In this document: piece by piece, positions 31,988-46,967 of the stretch
Numbering within the stretch: position 1 is the first letter of the stretch
Layout: each line of letters opens with the position of its first letter
Source of the DNA: Macrostomum lignano
Taxonomy: Eukaryota
Length of the DNA: 64,000 nt
NCBI GenBank assembly: GCA_002269645.1
Contig: NIVC01002437.1
Coordinates: 62,001 to 126,000, forward strand
Direction of reading: 5' to 3'
The notes under the pieces: model-generated
Told to the model about the DNA's origin: nothing
The model's input: the letters and a program-made list of their open reading frames with translations, nothing else
Databases searched by the model: none
Translations under genes and position numbers: made by a program

Positions 31988-32496
31988 CTAATTACTGTCT
32001 AAAATAATAATAGGCTATTATAATGAACAACAGCAATGGATAGTCGAACAAAAAGATACCTATAAAAATCAACCAGTGAAAGCAATAACCAAACGTTTAA
32101 CCAAGAGAAGAGCAAAGGAGATTTCTAAGAATTTTATATACGCATAAGTAGTGTGCATTCGCGTACAGACCAGTGAATGCAGCTTCGGTTTGCACGTTAT
32201 TATACTTTGTACTCTAATTCAACTATGAAAATGAATTACTATCAATGATAATATTCATAATATCGTCAATCATTTGTCGCAAATTTTCCAACACCGCCAA
32301 TCATACTTCAAGTTAGAGAGTAGAAGAAAGAATTAAATTAATCAGTTATTTTTGTAACAACGCCAAGACAAACGCGCCTACTATGAGTAGGCATCACCAT
32401 TTCTTGTCGATAAATATAAAGAACATATGTATAAATATGTATAAATATGCAAGGCTCTTACAATGGTCAAATTAGTCAAAGGGTTCACTCTCGAAA

Positions 32497-35400
32497 TCAG
32501 AAGGTTTTCCTGTGAATTGACCGGGCGCCCTCCTCGTCGTACTCTTTCTTGCTGACCCACATTCGCCGGAACGTGTCCAGCGCTGCCAGAATGGAGCCGC
32601 CAATCCAAGTGGAGTAGAGGCGCTCCTGCGGTGCAGAAATTTTCAACCGATTGTCCTTGGGCACCAGGCGCTTCAGCTCCGCCAGAAGCCTGTCGCCGAA
32701 TCCTGCAGTAATTTGGGTGGGTCTTATGTAGGATTTATTAGTAGAATCCTATTTTATTCATTCGAGTGGGGTTGTCGGGGATTGGATGTACATTGAGGGG
32801 AGTGAGGTTGATGAGGATTGGCTGTACATTGAGGGGAGTGAGGTTGATGGGGATTGGGTGTACATTGAGGGGAGTGAGGTTGATGAGGATTGGGTGTACA
32901 TTGAAGGGAGTGAGGTTGATGGGGATTGGCTGTACATTGAGGGAGTGAGGTTGATGAGGATTGGGTGTACATTGAGGGGAGTGAGGTTGATGGGGATTGG
33001 GTGTACATTGAGGGGAGTGAGGTTGTCGAAGATTGGGTGTACATTGAGGGGAGTGAGGTTGTCGCAGATTGGGTGTACATTGAGGGGAGTGAGGTTGATG
33101 AGGATTTGGTGTACATTGAGGGGAGTGAGGTTGATGAGGATTGGGTGTACATTGAGGGGAGCGAGGTTGATGGGGATTGGCTGTACATTGAAGGGAGTGA
33201 GGTTGATGGGGATTGGCTGTACATTGAGGGAGTGAGGTTGATTAGGATTTAGTGTACATTGAGAGAAGTGAGGTTGATGGGGATTGAGTGTACATTAAGG
33301 GGAGTGAGGTTGTCGAAGATTGGGTGTGAATTGAGGTGAGTCAGGTTATGAGGATTGGGTGTACACCACAGATTCTAGCTATTTTTAGTATCTGTGGTGC
33401 ACACTAGGGGGAGTGAGGCTGTGTGTACATTAAAGCAGGGGTTCGCTAGGAATGAAAGTACATTGGGGGTGGGGTTCGGAGACTTGGTGTACATTGGCGG
33501 CAGGGATTCGCCAGCAGGACTCACCTCTAAACAGCGTGGAGCCGCCCGACACAACAATATTGGCGTACAGCAGGCGTCTCAAATCCATATCGGATCGCTG
33601 AATAGAATAGGCCAGCACCTCGTGGATGCCTTCCCATTCTTCGCCGACAAGTTCAGGCCTAAACAGCAGCTCGGGAGCGCGGAATGCGGCTGCATTGACC
33701 TCCAGTTGAGACCCATCGGGCAGGGAGTAGGTGACCCGTTCCGGATCAAGTTTCTCCTCCGTGACAGGATTAGCCGATACGTAGCAGGCTCGCTCCTTGA
33801 CTTGGCGTACAATTTCCAGCTCAGCGGAGGTGTGAAAACAGGCTCCCTCCTTGCGCAGCAGCAGCTGCAGATAGCGAGTGACATCGCGGCCGGCAATGTC
33901 GGTCCGCATGACCGCGTGCTGCAGGGCGAAGCCCTCGTAGATCGGCACAGCGTGGGTGACGCCGTCGCCGGAGTCCAGCACCACCCCGGTGGTGCGGCCG
34001 GTGGCGTACAGGGACAGCACCGCCTGCATAGACATGAACAGGCCCGGGACGCCGAGGGTTTCGAAAAAAATCTCGGCCGTTTTCTCGCGATTTCTGGTTG
34101 GATTTTTTTGTTGTATAGTTAGGCTGCGGCGACTCACTGGCACTTTTAGAATACTAGGAATACTACTTGTTAGTAGTTAGCTGGTTAGTGTGGAAAGGAC
34201 GAATCTAGCACATACAATCTTCTGTTTGTACGTTCAATAACTGTGGCTCTGAGAATGCCTTACTCATAATTGAGTCTTGAAAGCAGTTCCCGGGAATCGC
34301 CCTCAGACCCTCCCAAAGAATCGCCCTCAATCTCTCTCCCAAAGAATCGCCCTCAGAACCCTCCCAAAGAATCGCCCTCGGACCCTTCCCAAAGAATCGC
34401 CCTCAAACCCTCCCAAAGAATCGCCCTCAGACTCTCCCAGAGAATCGCCCTCAGACCCCTCCCAAAGAATCGCCCTCAGACCCTCCCAAAGAATCGCCCT
34501 CAATCTCTCTCCCAAAGAATCGCCTCAGAACCCTCCCAAAGAATCGCCCTCAGACCCCTCCCAAAGAATCGCCCTCAGACCCCTCCCAAAGAATCGCCCT
34601 CATACCCCTCCCAGAGAATCGCCCTCAGACCCCTCCCAAAGAATCGCCCTCAGACCCCTCCCAAAGAATCGCCCTCAGACCCCTCCCAAAGAATCGCCCT
34701 CAGACCCTCCCAAAGAATCGCCCTCAGACCCTCCCAAAGAATCGCCCTCAAACCCTCCCAGAGAATCGCCCTCACCCCCCCCCCCAAAGAATCGCCCTCA
34801 AACCCTCCCAAAGAATCGCGCTCAGACCCTCCCAAATAATCGCCCTCAAACCCTCCCAGAGAATCGCCCTCACCCCCCCCCCAAAGAATCGCCCTCAAAC
34901 CCTCCCAAAGAATCGCCCTCACCCCCCCCCCAAAGAATCGCCCTCACCCCCTCCCAAAGAATCGCCCTCACCCCCTCCCAAAGAATCGCCCTCAGACCCT
35001 CCCAAAGAATCGCCCTCAGACCCTCCCAGAGAATCGCCCTCACCCCTCCCAAAGAATCGCCCTCACCCCCTCCCAAAGAATCGCCCTCAGACCCTCCCAA
35101 AGAATCGCCCTCACCCCCCCAAAGAATCGCCCTCAAACCCTCCCAGAGAATCGCCCTCACCCCCCCCAAAGAATCGCCCTCACCCCCTCCCAAAGAATCG
35201 CCCTCACCCCCTCCCAAAGAATCGCCCTCAGACCCTCCCAAAGAATCGCCCTCAGACCCTCCCAGAGAATCGCCCTCACCCCCTCCCAAAGAATCGCCCT
35301 CACCCCCTCCCAAAGAATCGCCCTCAGACCCTCCCAAAGAATCGCCCTCAAACCCTCCCAAAGAATCGCCCTCACCCCCCCCCCCAAAGAATCGCCCTCA

Positions 35401-38400
35401 AACCCTCCCAAAGAATCGCCCTCAGACTCTCCCAGAGAATCGCCCTCACCCCCCCCCCAAAGAATCGCCCTCAAACCCTCCCAAAGAATCGCCCTCAGAC
35501 CCCTCCCAAAGAATCGCCCTCAGACCCTCCCAAAGAATCGCCCTTAGACCCTCCCAGAGAATCGCCCTCAGACCCCTCCCAAAGAATCGCCCTTAGACCC
35601 TCCCAGAGAATCGCCCTCAGACCCCTCCCAAAGAATCGCCCTCAGACCCTCCCAAAGAATCGCCCTTAGACCCTCCCAGAGAATCGCCCTCAGACCCCTC
35701 CCAAAGAATCGCCCTCAGACCCTCCCAAAGAATCGCCCTCAAACCCTCCCAAAGAATCGCCCTCAGACCCCTCCCAAAGAATCGCCCTTAGACCCTCCCA
35801 GAGAATCGCCCTCAGACCCTCTCCCAAAGAATCGCCCTCAGACCCTCCCAAAGAATCGCCCTTAGACCCTCCCAGAGAATCGCCCTCAGACCCCTCCCAA
35901 AGAATCGCCCTCAGACCCTCCCAAAGAATCGCCCTTAGACCCTCCCAGAGAATCGCCCTCAGACCCCTCCCAAAGAATCGCCCTCAGACCCTCCCAAAGA
36001 ATCGCCCTTAGACCCTCCCAGAGAATCGCCCTCACCCCCCCCCCCCAAAGAATCGCCCTCAGACCCTCCCAAAGAATCGCCCTCAGACCCTCCCAGAGAA
36101 TCGCCCTCAGACCCCTCCCAAAGAATCGCCCTTAGACCCTCCCAGAGAATCGCCCTCAGACCCCTCCCAAAGAATCGCCCTCAGACCCTCCCAAAGAATC
36201 GCCCTTAAACCCCTTCCAAAGAATCGCCCTCAGACCCTCCCAGAGAATCGCGCTCAAACTCCTAAAGAATGGCCCTCAGGCAGGTATGACACACAATTAT
36301 AACATTAAAAAGAACACACATTATACATTTCAAGTAATATTTGCCCCACTGATCAATAAATCACTTCATATTTAGTCCCTTCGCTTCACTCCCTTCACCC
36401 CTCTAGCTTAAAGCGGCCAGAGATTTGGAAAGGAATGGAATGGGGAAAAGGACTTCGGAATCGCCTGAGCAAAAGACAGACCGCGGAAGCAAAAGGAAGC
36501 CAGTGGTCGGACAACAGGGCCAGCTCCAACTTGCCAGAGCCTAGCCAAAGTTTAATATGAGAATGCATAGATATATAGACAAGTTGCTAAAATTAGACAT
36601 GGGAAGTTTAGCGACAAGGCAGACGCACACGACACACATGAGGGACGAAAATCTGTACCTGACTGCCTGACCCCCCCCCCCCCAAATCCTATCCAACCCT
36701 TATTCCTCAAAACAAATAGCGAATATTCATACCAACGACTGCATTCGTACACCGATTATAACAAAAATCATTATGCATGCTTTTTTTAATAAAAGTCTAA
36801 ACTTAAACTGGGTAAAGTGCGACAAAGATGTCGCCTGTTATACTAAAGAAGTAAAGATACAACATAATTGATTGTCTTAAGTCTAGGTGTGATTCTTGGG
36901 ATAATCTTAAGGGGAGATTCTGGGGATAATCCTAGGGGGAATTTTTGGATAATATTAGGAGAAATTCTTGGGATAATCCTAGGGGCGATTCTTAGGATAA
37001 ACTTAGGGGAGATTCTTGGGATAATCCTAGGGGCGATTCTTAGGATAAACTTAGGGGAGATTCTTGGGATAATCCTAGGGGCGACTCATAGGATAAAATT
37101 AGGGGAGATTCTTGGGATAATCCTAGGGGCGATTCTTAGGATAGACTTAGAGAAGATTCTTGGGATAATCCTAGGGGCGATTCTTAGGATAAACTTAGAG
37201 GAGATTCTTAGGATAATCTTAAGGGAGATTCCTAGGATAATAGTAAGGGAAATTCTGGGGATAATCTTAGAGGGAGATTTTCGGGATAATCTTGCGGAGA
37301 TTATTAGGATAATCTAAGGGGGGGGGCGATTCTCTGGATAATCTCTGGATATTCTTATGATAATATTTAGAGAAGATTCTTGGGATAACCTTAGGGGGAG
37401 ATTTTAAGGGTAATCCTAGGGGCGATTCTTAGTAAGGAAAATTTTAGGGGGCGATTCTTAGGATAATCTTAGGAGATTCTTGGGATAATCTTAGGAAGAG
37501 ATTCTTTAAATGATGTTAGGGGAATTCTTAGTATTATCTTAGGGGTGATTCTTATGAAATAATCTTGAGGGAGATGAACTTAGTTTCTTTAGAAGGATAA
37601 TACTAACGAATTCGAATTTTAGACATAATCTTAGGGACACTATCTTAGCGATAGAGTAACAGTTTTAGTGACCATTGGGATAACTTCATAAGGGATTCTT
37701 TAAAAGAATATTAATGGAAATGCTTTTGATATTCTTCAGTATTGGAAGTTTCTTTAAAAACACAAAAAACCACAAATGAAGCTAAACTTACTTTCTAGGA
37801 TTCAATGGCGCTTCAGTAAGCAGCACGGGATGCTCCTCGGAGTAGGTGTTCAATTGGTCCTTGCTGTAGATGTACTGCCAGATCTTCTCCATATCGTCCC
37901 AGCTGCGCACAATGCCGTGCTCCATTGGGTAGCGAATGGACAGCAGGCCTCGATGCTCCTCGGCTTTGGGCCCGATGAACACGTCGCCTTCGAGGCCGCC
38001 AGCCATCACTCTGACGTGCTTTGGTCGGCCGATGAAGTTGGAGAATATGTACTTTGGCACCTGGTCGCCGGCAAAGCCTGCTTTGATAACGCCGCTGCCC
38101 TGTGCAGTGTGATATAGTGAGATTATCCATAAATATAGTGATAGATGCTGGCCCAGCAACTGAGGATCTGGGAGGCTGGCCCAGCAACTGAGGATCTGAG
38201 AGGCTGGCCCAGAAACTGAGGATCTAAGAGGCTGGCCCAGCAACTGAGGATCTGAAAGGCTGGCCCAGCAACTGAGGATCTGAGAGGCTGGCCCAGCAAC
38301 TGAGGATCTGGGAGGCTGGTCTAGCAAATAAGAATCTGGGAGGATGGCCCAGCAACTGAGGATCTGAGAGGCTGGCTCAGCAACTGAGGATCTGAGAGGG

Positions 38401-39880
38401 TGGCCCAGCAACTGAGGATCTGAGAGGCTGGCCCAGCAACTGAGGATCTGAGAGGGTGGCCCAGCAACTGAGGATCTGAGAGGCTGGCCCAGCAACTGAA
38501 GATCTGAGAGGCTGGCCCAGGAACTGAGGATCTGGGAGGCTGGCCCAGCAACTGACACTCTGGGAGGCTGGCCCAGCAACTGAGGATCTGGGAGGCTGGC
38601 CAAGCAACTAAGGATCTGGGAAGCTAGCCTAGCAACTGACAATCTAGGAGGCTAGCCTAGCAATTTAGGATCTGGAAGGCTAGCCTAGCAACTGAGGATC
38701 TCTAAGGCAAGCCTAGCATCTAAGGAGCTGGGTGCCTGCTAGCCAAGCAACTGAAGGTCTAGGAGTCTATTGACTTAGCAATTAAGGATTTAGTTTGTTC
38801 AATTTCCAATTGGCATTTACAATCTCTTAGACTATAGTATACACTAGTAATAATAAGCAGTACTATTCTATTAATAGCAATAAACAAAGCAAAATGTCAA
38901 AAAGTTAAAAGCAAGTAATAGCTTAGTTTAAATTATTATATAATGTTTGTTTACTAATAATTTTGAATATAAATTATTAATTAAATTGGAATACTACTTA
39001 AAATAAAAAATAACTAATCAAGACAAAGTTGAACTTTATTGGGGACCTTAGTATATATATACTAATATATAGTATATTAATATATAATATACTACATTTA
39101 TATATAGTATATAAATATATAGTATCTAAGCAATCTAGCTAATAATAAATCTAAATATACTCAAATACTAGCCAACCTAGCTTATTTAGCTAATATATAT
39201 TGTGGCAAAGCAAGGGTCAATTGTAAAATATAAAACTTTTATAGATACTTTTATAATTTTCTTTGCTTTGCCTTGGATAATATTTTGATAACAAATTAGA
39301 TTCTTTATTTTTTAACAAAATCATAAAGGAAAAGCAAATAAAAAAGAAGAGACAAAGGGCTATAATCTATACGACTATATTAATTATGACTAGCATTTTT
39401 GTAGTCTAGTTTTAACAGCAGGCATTTTATTTAGAATTAGATGGCATATAGATGCTTGAGAAATTTGGACTCTAGTCTAGACTAGGCAATGATTTTAATA
39501 ATATTATTAAAATTTTTTGTTTCCTTTTTTCTAGTAAAATGTCCTTAATTGGTATTAGCCTTACTACAATGGAATTTAAATTTAGTGGCGCTAGCCCTAA
39601 GGAGGGGTAAAGGTTATCACTAAACTGCCCTAGTTTTAATCTGATGACTGTTCTGCCATGAATGCAGTTATAGCCATATAGACATGCAGGACTACACTTG
39701 AATAAAATATATAGATAAATATAGAAAAACTAAAGACAAAAAACATCAGAGCAGAGTAGATTGTAATCTAAACAGCATTTAGATAGAGATACTATGTCTA
39801 AGCTTTTAGATTATGAATACAGGCGTACTTACATTATCAATCACAATGGGCTGATTAGCAATCACATCGTAGGAATCCAT
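32497..39880 (-). CDS. ARP1: Actin-related protein 1 (centractin, dynactin ARP1), complete 4-exon gene
   Basis: Exons 39880-39833 ([16 protein letters not shown]), 38099-37792 ([16 protein letters not shown]...TEAPLNPRK), 34093-33525 ([11 protein letters not shown]...SGGSTLFR) and 32702-32497 ([10 protein letters not shown]...SIHRKTF*). All junctions are GT/AG and in phase; the sequence is recognisably ACTR1A/B. Confidence 0.96.
32765..33360. repeat. 36-bp minisatellite (gattgggtgtacattgaggggagtgaggttgatgag) in ARP1 intron 3
   Basis: Tandem copies read directly. Confidence 0.93.
34295..36280. repeat. ~24-bp C-rich minisatellite (ctcagaccctcccaaagaatcgcc) in ARP1 intron 2
   Basis: About 2 kb tandem array; the Pro-rich ORFs here are artefacts. 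Confidence 0.95.
36885..37560. repeat. Degenerate 24-bp minisatellite (gattcttgggataatcctaggggc) in ARP1 intron 2
   Basis: Tandem copies, decaying to the right. Confidence 0.85.
38145..38760. repeat. 28-bp minisatellite (gctggcccagcaactgaggatctgagag) in ARP1 intron 1
   Basis: Tandem copies starting ~45 nt from the acceptor. Confidence 0.93.
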
Positions 39881-41679
39881 TTTGCGAGGACTGAGACTTT
39901 TATAAGTAAATACACAATGAAATTATTATTTGACCTTTTGTCAAGGAAATAACTTTAAATAACGTTTAAGTGCAGACTGTCACTGTTATAAAAACTAGCA
40001 CTCACTCTTTTCAAGTTGTTTCTACAAAACCATTTAACGTTTAAATTATTTCAATAAGTAACTTCTTATTAAAACAAATGCTTCCGATATTAAAGCAATG
40101 AAAACAAGACTAGGCTACAATTTAGCTCAGTAAATATAAAAATGAACTGGCAATGAATAAATAAACAAATCCAATACACAGAATATTTTAAAGAAAATCT
40201 TGCACATCGTTATTAATTCCAAGCTAAGACGACGGACTCAAGTTATAGGGTTCGCTTACTGTAGTCGTCCTTGATTCCAATGTGTACTTAAATTTAAATG
40301 TAGCGTCAAAAAGCAAAACTTTACAATCTAACGCTAGAAAACACTATACCACCCTTTTGAACCTAGGATCGCGAGGTCATATTTGGTACGTTTTAAAACA
40401 TACGTAAATTTTACTTTTTTGTGTAGTAAAAGCGGCCTGCTTTTCTGAGACCTGCAGCTCTTTGATTCTCTTAACAGGCCGCCGAAGCACTCACAAAGAA
40501 GATTTGTTCACGCCATGTAAAATCCCACCTATAGTATCTGCGATTACATGTTTATTTTTCTGTACAGGCATTCGCAAGGAACGTTCCAAAGACAAAAACG
40601 CAATGTTACTGGTAATTTGTGCATCAATTACTATATCTAATTGATAGAGCATGTAAAGATTATAAGAAATCCATGTGTAAAAAGCCGATAGATCGAATCA
40701 CCAATCACGGGGCCAACATAACTCTCCTGATCAATAGCAGTAGATTCTGAATCTTTCAAATCACAATGAGGTACTTTTATAGGGTACATAATGCACCATC
40801 ATGAATTGTCATTTATAAATATTCACAGAATGGCTACTGTACGCAGGCACGCACTCGTAAGTGCACACTCACACAGGGGTGTACATACCATGTACATACA
40901 GTACGTGGCCTTAACTTTCTAAATGGTGTTTCTGATAAGGCATGAGTATACATATTATACTGCACGATCTCTGTGCCTTGCGAGTGCCCTGAATTAACTT
41001 TGCCGCGACCGGAACGAAACAGCTGAATTGTGATTTCCAATCATCCAAACCAATATAAATTATAGAGCTGCACAAAATCAGGAAGTTACACGTAGGCCGG
41101 CCTTTAATAAAGTTGTAGCTGCATGTACCAGAGTATGTACAGGTAATAAAAGTTCAATAAGAGTTCAGCAATTCCACCTTTCGACCATATACCAGTTCCC
41201 TTAACTTACGAGTATAGAATGGATGGTGCGAAAAATACACAGCGTTTCATGTGCATAGGTTTTGCATTCATATTGGGAAAATGAACCCTAAACTGAAGAA
41301 AAATAGCAGCCAATATTTACAGACAGAGAGCTATAAACTGTGTCGGCTATTTTACATTTTTAAACATTCTTAAAACGTGCCAAAAGCCAAACTCTACAAG
41401 GGTGTATTGTACACTGTCCGTGAAAAGCGAGTCAAAGAGAAAAGGTTGAAAAACGCAAGATAAAAAGACGCTTTGCATAAATGCATTCTGCTCTTTCAAG
41501 TCCATTTGTTACCGTTCTACACCTTTTTCTACCTAGCCTGACTGCGCCTTCAGAACATCTTTTTGAAACTGTTTAAACACTTTAATTCTCAATGAGGTCA
41601 TTTCTGTTGGAAGAACTGGGCTTTCGTACCATACCATACTCAGTCACTAAGCTGGCTTGCAGCTAGTAGCTAGCTGGAT

Positions 41680-43138
<1,459 letters not shown>

Positions 43139-43417
43139 AAAAAAGCAGAAATAGATACTGCACCGGAAAGCAAGTTTTACATGTTCATGAGTAGGTAAAA
43201 GAAAAATAGGAAGCACAGCCTGAAACTTAGGCTGAGACGAAAACTATTGGACTCTGTGAGAAAGAAAAGAAAAGTCTAGAATAACAGAGCCAACAGGCTT
43301 TAGAGCTGCTGTGCACAGAAACAACACTTAATATATTCATTTCTATATATAGTTCGAAATGGAGACAAGACCAGCAGAAACAGAGTCTAAACAACGCATT
43401 GGTTTGACAATAACAAG

Positions 43418-45844
43418 ATGGCCTCGCAACATCAGGGCGACGGTCAGTCAACTTCTTCCGCCGTGGCAAACAAACGAAAACAATTAGCTAAATCGGAAAC
43501 TGTCGATATTACAGATGAAGGAAGCAGAATCCAGACTCTTGGTAAGTTGAGGCTCTGCAGGGTGATGAAGCGTGCCTGAGTCTCGCGCCACGACCCCAGC
43601 TGGTTCCAGCGGGCTTTCGTGTCTAAGTGGGGGCTTGATGATGATGAGTTAGTGTAGTGCTTTGTGCACAAAGTCAAAATAGCAAATTAAGCTTGGATCG
43701 TAATGCTATTCACTCCTGCCCTGATGAAGTTTAGCAGCTTAGCGGCTTGTACTACTCGTAAGCCTTTATGAATTTTGCATCAACTGAGACCTACTTTTCT
43801 TAGATTAAATTATTTCTGTTTGCCTATATTTAGTATCTAACGGACGTCAGAAACTCTCGAATGTTAAATGATGCTTTTTTACGTAAAAGGACTTGAAATC
43901 TGCGCCTCCATTGGGGAAGCAATAATAAAAAGGGACTAAAAAATTGGAATAAAAATCAGAATAACATTGGAACTGTTATACACTGCAGTCCCATGCAGTG
44001 CGCCTTAGCGAGGATTGGAAAATCTTGCGTCATTGCAGCATAGGGGGCTGAAGTCAATCGCTCTGACTATATACTAAAGGTTTTCAATTTTCTGTGTTGA
44101 GCGGAGAGGCAGACTCTCAACGACTGAATGAGCAGAGAGGCAGATTCTCAATGACTGAGTGAGCGGAGAGGCAGATTCTCAATGGCTGAGTGAGCGGAGA
44201 GGCAGATTCTCAATGACTGAGTGAGCGGAGAGGCAGATTCTCAATGGCTGAGTGAGCGGAGAGGCAGATTCTCAATGGCTGAGTGAGCAAGAGACAGATT
44301 CTCAATGACTGAGTGAGTGGAGAGGCAGATTCTCAATGACTGAGTGAGCGGAGAGGCAGATTCTCAATGACTGATGAAGCAGCTATAGGATTAGTATTAC
44401 CTATAAAAGTCTCCTATAAAAAGAACTGGCAAACCCTCAGGAGAGAACAGCGGTCTGGGCCGCGTACTGATCGGCCTGCGCTACCAGTCTGCCAACTCCT
44501 ACCTCGAAGTGCGAATCGTCCGTGGCGACGGCATTCGCCGTTCCGGCGACGGCGGGAAGCCACCGGCGTCAACCTACTGTTCGGTTGTGTTCCTACCCGA
44601 CTGCACAGAGTCGGTTGCCACGGCAACCGTAGACTCAACAGTCGGTTGTCCTCGCTGGAAGGGTGCTTTTCAATTTGAAAAATTTCCAAAAGTCGCGGGC
44701 GCCGGTGCGTCCAGCCAGCGGTGCATGCAGGTGCAGGTGCACGACCCGGCTGCTGGCGGAGCGGCCATCAGCGAAGCGACACTGTTGCTAAGTGAGGATG
44801 GATCAGTGTGTAAAGTTTTGTAGCACTGTGTGGCGCTCAAGCACAAGTGTCTCTAAGCACACAAGTGTCTATAAGCACACATGTGTCTAAGCCCAAATGT
44901 CTGAGCACAAAAGTGTCTCTAAGCACACAAGTGTCTCTAAACACACAAGTGTCTCTAAGCACACAAGTGTCTCTAAGCACACAAGTGTCTCTAAGCACAC
45001 AATTGTCTCTAAGCACACAAGTGTCGCTATGCACACAAGTGTCTCTAAGCACACAAGTTTCTCTAAGCACACAATTGTCTCTAAGCACACAAGTGTCGCT
45101 AAGCACACAAGTGTCTCTAAGCACACAAGTGTCGCTAAGCACACAAGTGTCTTTAAGCACACAAGTGTCCAAGCGCAAATGTCTAAACACAACAATTAAA
45201 GTGTCCTCCGTTCTCCCCCAGGCCACTGGAGCGAGGAAGACTATGAGAGAGGCATCCGTGTCTGGAAATACCTGAACGGCACCCAGGAGTCTCAACGAGT
45301 CAGCAGCAAGGAGGGCACCGCATTTCTTACTCTGTATTGCCGGCCAGACAAATTCAAGTTGACCTTGAATAGTATCGAAGATTTGAATCCGCGCCATACG
45401 TCGGGCATAGAGCCGGAGGACTTCTACTGCAGATTGCAGGCGTTTATGCAACACCGCGGCCTCATCAAAGAGACGATGGTGCGAGGTTCAAGAGATTCTA
45501 CACCAGGGAGCGAGTTGAACTTCCTGGGATTTGAGTTTAGCGTTAGACTGCACGGAAAACACGGCGGAGGCGGCGGCGTGGAGGCGCTCACCGTCAGGCT
45601 GGTGCTCAGCAAGCAGCATAACGGGCAGCACCAGGAGATCTGCTGGGTGGACCTGGGATCCGATGTCAAACGGGTCGACTGCAGAGGCCTGTACAAATCA
45701 GTGATGGAGAACCCCAATCAGCCTCACGTGATCTCTGTGCGCATGAACCGCCCGCCTGCGCCCTCGGGGTTGGAGGGACCAGCCCACAAGCACCGGCAGT
45801 CGCAGCCGGCACAAGGCAGCGGCCACCACAAGCACGAAGCATGA
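43418..45844 (+). CDS. Tandem C2-domain protein (synaptotagmin-like fold, no TM seen)
   Basis: Exon 1 43418-43541 (MASQHQ...IQTL G|gtaagt); exon 2 from 44441 (ENSGLGRVLIGLRYQSANSYLEVRIVRG..., C2-like) ending at 44791 or 44809, both phase 1; exon 3 45222-45844 (second beta-sandwich-like region). Family assignment is by pattern only. Confidence 0.62.
44098..44370. repeat. 31-bp minisatellite (tgagtgagcggagaggcagattctcaatgac), array A
   Basis: Same unit as 45905-46585. Confidence 0.93.
44836..45185. repeat. 18-bp minisatellite (ctaagcacacaagtgtct) filling C2-gene intron 2
   Basis: Tandem copies read directly. Confidence 0.93.
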
Positions 45845-45904
45845 TCTGCCTGCATACGATGTGCAGAACCTCTTTTATGTGATTGATTGAAATTATTATT
45901 AGAG

Positions 45905-46585
45905 AAAGATTCTCAATGACTGAGTTGAGCGGAGAGGCAGATTCTCAATGACTGAGGGAGCGGAGAGGCAGATTCTTAATGACTGAGTGAGCGGAGAAGC
46001 AGATTCTCAATGACTGAGTGAGCGGAGAGGCAGATTCTCAGTGACTGAGTTGAGCGGAGAGGCAGATTCTCAATGACTGAGGGAGCGGAGAGGCAGATTC
46101 TCAATGACTGAGGGAGCGGAGAGGCAGATTCTTAATGACTGAGTGAGCGGAGAGGCAGATTCTTAATGACTGAGTGAGCGGAGAAGCAGATTCTCAATGA
46201 CTGAGTGAGCGGAGAAGCAGATTCTCAATGACTGAGTGAGCGGAGAAGCAGATTCTCAATGACTGAGTTGAGCGGAGAGGCAGATTCTCAATGACTGAGG
46301 GAGCGGAGAGGCAGATTCTTAATGACTGAGTGAGCGGAGAAGCAGATTCTCAATGACTGAGTGAGCGGAGAGGCAGATTCTCAGTGACTGAGTTGAGCGG
46401 AGAGGCAGATTCTCAATGACTGAGTGAGCGGAGAGGCAGATTCTCAATGACTGAGTGAGCGGAGAGGCAAATCCCCAATGACTGAGTGAGCGGAGAGGCA
46501 GATTCTCAATGACTGAGTGAGCGGAGAGGCAGATTCTCAATGACTGAGTGAGCGGAGAGGCAGATTCTCAATGGCTGGGTTGAGC
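45905..46585. repeat. 31-bp minisatellite, array B
   Basis: Same unit as 44098-44370. Confidence 0.93.
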
Positions 46586-46967
46586 AGATGTTAACAAATA
46601 TCGCTAACAATATTTTTTTCAATACGAGTTAATGCACTGTTGCAAAAGTACTTTATCTATCGTGTAAATACTATACAAAAGGCATGCGAACAATATGTAA
46701 AAACTGATTCGGTTTAGTACAACAAATATCTGCCGCTGTGCTGCATCTGTAAGAAAATCTGTAATCAAACGATTTGAGTCACAAGAACAGCTGACTGGAT
46801 TTCTACAGGAATGCCAAGTATGGCAATACTATACAAAATGTGTAGCTGTGAACGCATCGAGGCGTGAATCTTGATAATTTTGTTCACTATTGAACTGTAC
46901 AGCTGTTAAAAATTCTTACTCGGAAAGTTCTACTAAAAGAAACATACAGTTTTCCTGATTGCTTTGC

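Noticed and set aside
33394-34122. 242-aa plus-strand ORF, and antisense ORFs over the GT31 exons
   Set aside because: Shadow ORFs opposite GC3-rich coding exons.
34270-35596. Pro-rich 189- and 439-aa ORFs, and similar ORFs at 10491-11139, 46959-48011, 58679-60716 and 37788-38642 (its upstream part)
   Set aside because: They lie on minisatellites inside introns or TEs; stop-free only because of unit composition.
43542-43560. 19-nt GT...AG mini-intron after C2-gene exon 1
   Set aside because: Too short, and splicing it gives an immediate stop; the acceptor at 44440 restores the frame.
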